This document shows positions 23,999-26,818 of a DNA stretch of 26,818 nucleotides, piece by piece. Each line of letters starts with the position of its first letter. The stretch's first letter is position 1. The stretch lies in the IMG/VR virus record IMGVR_UViG_3300017910_000188, positions 1 to 26,818 of that record; one strand, given 5' to 3'. Source of the stretch: a virus. Taxonomy: Duplodnaviria > Caudoviricetes. The notes beneath the pieces are model-generated. The model ran no database searches, was not told the DNA's origin, and saw nothing but the letters and a program-made list of their open reading frames with translations. The position numbers and the translations under genes are program-made.

Positions 23999-25557
23999 TC
24001 AGCTTCCATCGGTTGTTCTTGTTGCATCATCTGTGCCTGTGCGCCAGCTTGGATGATCTGCTGTTTCTCAATCTCAGATCGCACCAATTCTGCTGGCATC
24101 CCTGTCTTCTGTGCCGCCCATGTGCCGAAGTCCTCGGTCTTGTACGCCATCAACACTTGTTCGGGGCCAGATGTACCCAATACGAACTGAACGGCCTGCT
24201 GAACAGCCAACAGATCCTCGCCATCCTGCGCTCGTGCTAGTGGAGAAGTGAACTTGACGGTGACATCCCGGCCTTCTAACTCAATGGGGACGATCAAGCC
24301 GCGTCGAGTCAGTATTGCGACGACACGCTTGAGTATTGGTACGAGTATCTCGGTCTGAAGTCGCCCAAATGCCGACCCGATCCGTTTTGCAAGTTCTCGG
24401 GATTCAATAGCAACTTCAGTGGCGCTACGCACAGGACCAGCAGGATCACGCAAGTCGTTGAACAGTGCCAACTTGATAGCGTTCTGAAGCTCCACGATTT
24501 CAAATTGCGCGAGAGCAAGGTTCGATCCTGTATCGAGACGTTGAATTGAAGGGTTGTTGGTGTTGTTTGATCCGACTGGAATCACGACACCCGGTGCAAT
24601 AACCATATTGTAAGGGTTTGTCACGCCGTCGTCAGTAGCCGTGTACATTCCTGCAAGGTCAATTGCGGCTTTTTGCAATACAAACTCTTTGGCTTTGTTC
24701 AGAGAGCGCACATCGGGTAACGCTTGCATCGCTGGACCACGACCACGGACCTCGCCAGCTACCTTTGTGTAGCGACCAGTGACCCATGGGCTTGATACAC
24801 CAAAGTCTTCAGTCCATGAGAAACGGTTTTCGCCGTTCACCCATAGACAGCCATAGTATTTCTTGTCCTTGGGGTCATAGATCACGCCCTCGTACACCTT
24901 CACCTCAGTGTTGGGGCTGTTCTCGATGAGGTTTCGGACCTTCTCAGACGGCTCAAAGCCACGCCACATACGCTCTAGCAGACGCGCCTTGACCTCAAAC
25001 CGTCGCCAGTGTGTCTCGACGCCGCCGTATGGCCCCTCTTCAAACGCAATGCCCTTCTGTGGGATCGTGTTGAAACAGATAGGGTTGGTCTCATCGTCAG
25101 TTTCCTCGATCTTCATGGTGGCTGTGCCTACCAATAGATCAAGCGCCGCCTCATAGAACTGCGTGTGGAAGTTAGAACGGTTGATGTAGTCAAAGACGAT
25201 CTCGCACTGCTGGTCTAGGTTCGCCCGAATGTCTTCCTCTGACACATCGAACTGGCCTGTCTCGACCAATCGGATGATCTCATCGGTTGGCTGGAAGGTA
25301 GCCCAACGAGACATGATCGGAGCGATGTTCTCTTGTAGCTTGCTCGCGCCCTGCTGGATAGCCGTCAACGCAGTCGAGTCGAAGATGCGGTCCATCTTCT
25401 TCTGTCCTTTGTCTTCACGGTCGAACAAGTTGCGCTGTGGCAAGAAATATTCATACACATCCTGCAACTGGTCGTGCCACATTGCCTGAGTGTTGAATGC
25501 CTTTGCTTCTCGTTCCTTGATGTCTTGGATCGAGCCTAGATGCGGGGGCAAGCTCAT
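23995..25557 (-). CDS. Portal protein (T7-like head-to-tail connector)
   Basis: IFDSTA, GEVRGRGPAMQALPDVRSLN, SATEV and FTSPLARAQ motifs; 520 aa. Confidence 0.95.
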   Translation of the reverse strand: MSLPPHLGSIQDIKEREAKAFNTQAMWHDQLQDVYEYFLPQRNLFDREDKGQKKMDRIFDSTALTAIQQGASKLQENIAPIMSRWATFQPTDEIIRLVETGQFDVSEEDIRANLDQQCEIVFDYINRSNFHTQFYEAALDLLVGTATMKIEETDDETNPICFNTIPQKGIAFEEGPYGGVETHWRRFEVKARLLERMWRGFEPSEKVRNLIENSPNTEVKVYEGVIYDPKDKKYYGCLWVNGENRFSWTEDFGVSSPWVTGRYTKVAGEVRGRGPAMQALPDVRSLNKAKEFVLQKAAIDLAGMYTATDDGVTNPYNMVIAPGVVIPVGSNNTNNPSIQRLDTGSNLALAQFEIVELQNAIKLALFNDLRDPAGPVRSATEVAIESRELAKRIGSAFGRLQTEILVPILKRVVAILTRRGLIVPIELEGRDVTVKFTSPLARAQDGEDLLAVQQAVQFVLGTSGPEQVLMAYKTEDFGTWAAQKTGMPAELVRSEIEKQQIIQAGAQAQMMQQEQPMEAE

Positions 25558-25567
25558 AGGGTTTTAC

Positions 25568-25882
25568 CTATCGGAGTTGAGGCATAGTGCCATTGTAGGT
25601 GCCAGTGCGTGGAGCGCCACCAGCACGACGGGGAGCGGCTCCGCCCATTCCACCCATACCCAACATGGTACGAGCGGGAGCGGCACGCCCTGCGCCTGTA
25701 CCTGCGGCTTCAGCACGAGTACGAGGTACGCCACCCAGAAGTGACTTGGCTCCTAGCTTGCCGCGAGCCATTGCACGGAAGCGCTCTTCCTGCTCTCGGA
25801 TCTCTTCATCCAATGCCGCCGCTTGACGACGCTCAACAGCAATTTGCTGTGCTGTGGGCTTAGGTGCTTTCGGTGCTTTCAT
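25568..25882 (-). CDS. Basic Ala/Gly/Arg-rich protein upstream of the portal
   Basis: MKAPKAPKP start, a coiled coil and GAKSLLGG; typical of the pre-portal slot. Confidence 0.7.
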   Translation of the reverse strand: MKAPKAPKPTAQQIAVERRQAAALDEEIREQEERFRAMARGKLGAKSLLGGVPRTRAEAAGTGAGRAAPARTMLGMGGMGGAAPRRAGGAPRTGTYNGTMPQLR

Positions 25883-25883
25883 T

Positions 25884-26078
25884 TCATCCCATCCTTAACG
25901 AGTCACGGGTTGTCTTCTGCCCGTTGCGTGTAAAGTTTGTTCCATCGTAGCCGATAACATTCTGAGGCTCTGATACGCGTCGTTTTTGTTCAAGACGATC
26001 AAGCAAGCCTCCAAAACCTTTGCGTTTTCGCTTGCGATTATCAATTGATTTTCCGACTGCGCCAAATCTACCCGACAT
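25884..26078 (-). CDS. Small basic hypothetical protein (64 aa)
   Basis: SD GGAG; fills the gap between neighbours. Confidence 0.6.
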   Translation of the reverse strand: MSGRFGAVGKSIDNRKRKRKGFGGLLDRLEQKRRVSEPQNVIGYDGTNFTRNGQKTTRDSLRMG

Positions 26079-26415
26079 TCTGTTTCTCCAAATACTTGAA
26101 CAACTGGTACGGCGTCCAGATGAACGGCTTGTTTATTCCTAGCACCTGCTTCGTATATCCGACGCAAGTGTTTAGCATAAATAGCCCGCGCTTGGGCCTG
26201 CGTATTTCGGATTTTATCAGAATGTCGTCCTCGACTACATCCTTAATATTCTCGACGATCATCACCTCTAAGCCTTGCGTTGACTTGCCCAACGCCAGCC
26301 ATTCGCCATCGTTAGGGATCACGACGTAACAGTGCTTGATCTCAGGGTGTAGCATCCACGACCACCAATGACCTTCATCCATCGAGAAAGCCACGTATGC
26401 GATATCAGAAGACAT
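26068..26415 (-). CDS. Putative permuted papain-like (NlpC/P60-superfamily) cysteine hydrolase
   Basis: His (KHCYVV) precedes Cys (NTCVGY), with a terminal TPYQLFKYL. Confidence 0.55.
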   Translation of the reverse strand: MSSDIAYVAFSMDEGHWWSWMLHPEIKHCYVVIPNDGEWLALGKSTQGLEVMIVENIKDVVEDDILIKSEIRRPKRGLFMLNTCVGYTKQVLGINKPFIWTPYQLFKYLEKQNVG

Positions 26416-26818
26416 TGAACTTCATCTCCGCCCGTCTCACCTGCCGCTGTTGTGTATGTAGGTTAGTCAATGCCTGTCTGCCTTCACCTTCGCCCTGCAA
26501 TGCGTACTCAAGCGCCTCGACCGGGTGCGAGTATTCATTCTTGTCTGGCTCATCCGTGTACTTCTCGCCCGATACCTGTATCCGTCGGTAGCAGAACCCG
26601 CCTTGCAACCCCTTGCGGATCATCTTCGCCTTGGGGCTGATTAAGAATCGAGGCTTGCCATCCATGCACAACTCTTTCATGGGTATTTCCAGAGCCGCAC
26701 GTCGCAATGCCGGGTCATTCGTTAGCGTAGGTGTGCAAGGTATGCCAGCCGCCCGCATGATCTTGAATGGTGTATCAGCATTCGCTTGGTTCTTGTTGTC
26801 GCCAGAGGGATCGCCCCA
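26405..26818 (-). CDS. terL: Terminase large subunit, C-terminal nuclease domain (partial)
   Basis: The frame is open to the right edge. WGDPSG and PDKNEYSHPVEALEY motifs; upstream of the portal. Confidence 0.9.
   Translation of the reverse strand, partial: WGDPSGDNKNQANADTPFKIMRAAGIPCTPTLTNDPALRRAALEIPMKELCMDGKPRFLISPKAKMIRKGLQGGFCYRRIQVSGEKYTDEPDKNEYSHPVEALEYALQGEGEGRQALTNLHTQQRQVRRAEMKFNVF

Noticed and set aside
494-26591. Numerous other short plus-strand and nested ORFs in the track
   Set aside because: They are shadows of well-supported, tightly coupled minus-strand genes, with no motifs or RBSs noticed.
1-26818. CRISPR array, tRNA, integrase/att site, diversity-generating retroelement (as in BPP-1), intron or intein
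   Set aside because: By eye I found no spaced direct repeats, cloverleaf, recombinase or reverse-transcriptase motifs, TR/VR duplication or interrupted genes. Such elements could lie outside the window.

Overview
The window is most of the genome of a tailed dsDNA phage with podovirus-type (T7/BPP-1-like) virion genes. No RNA or DNA polymerase or integrase is visible in the window. Every credible gene is on the minus strand and many are translationally coupled. In transcription order (right to left) it contains: terminase large subunit (partial), a permuted papain-like protein, portal, scaffold, major capsid, tail tube A/B, three internal virion proteins (the largest with an N-terminal ADP-ribosyltransferase-like domain), two beta-helix tailspikes flanking a transglutaminase-like Cys peptidase, a cluster of tiny basic proteins, and a lysis cassette. 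A sigma70-like promoter then precedes an early/replication module (acidic protein, annealing protein, SSB-like protein, two HTH proteins, a stand-alone initiator-like domain, NinB-like protein, HTH-metallophosphoesterase). The most striking signals are non-coding. (1) At 2141-2455 there is a multi-stem, pseudoknotted leader upstream of the initiator-like gene, a coupled leader uORF, and an opposite-strand ~85-nt three-stem-loop RNA; together these resemble plasmid copy-number control. (2) A parS-like 16-mer sits at the predicted early transcription start. (3) A pseudoknot-containing leader precedes the major capsid gene. All family calls come from motif recognition and all RNA pairings were found by eye; no search or folding program was run.
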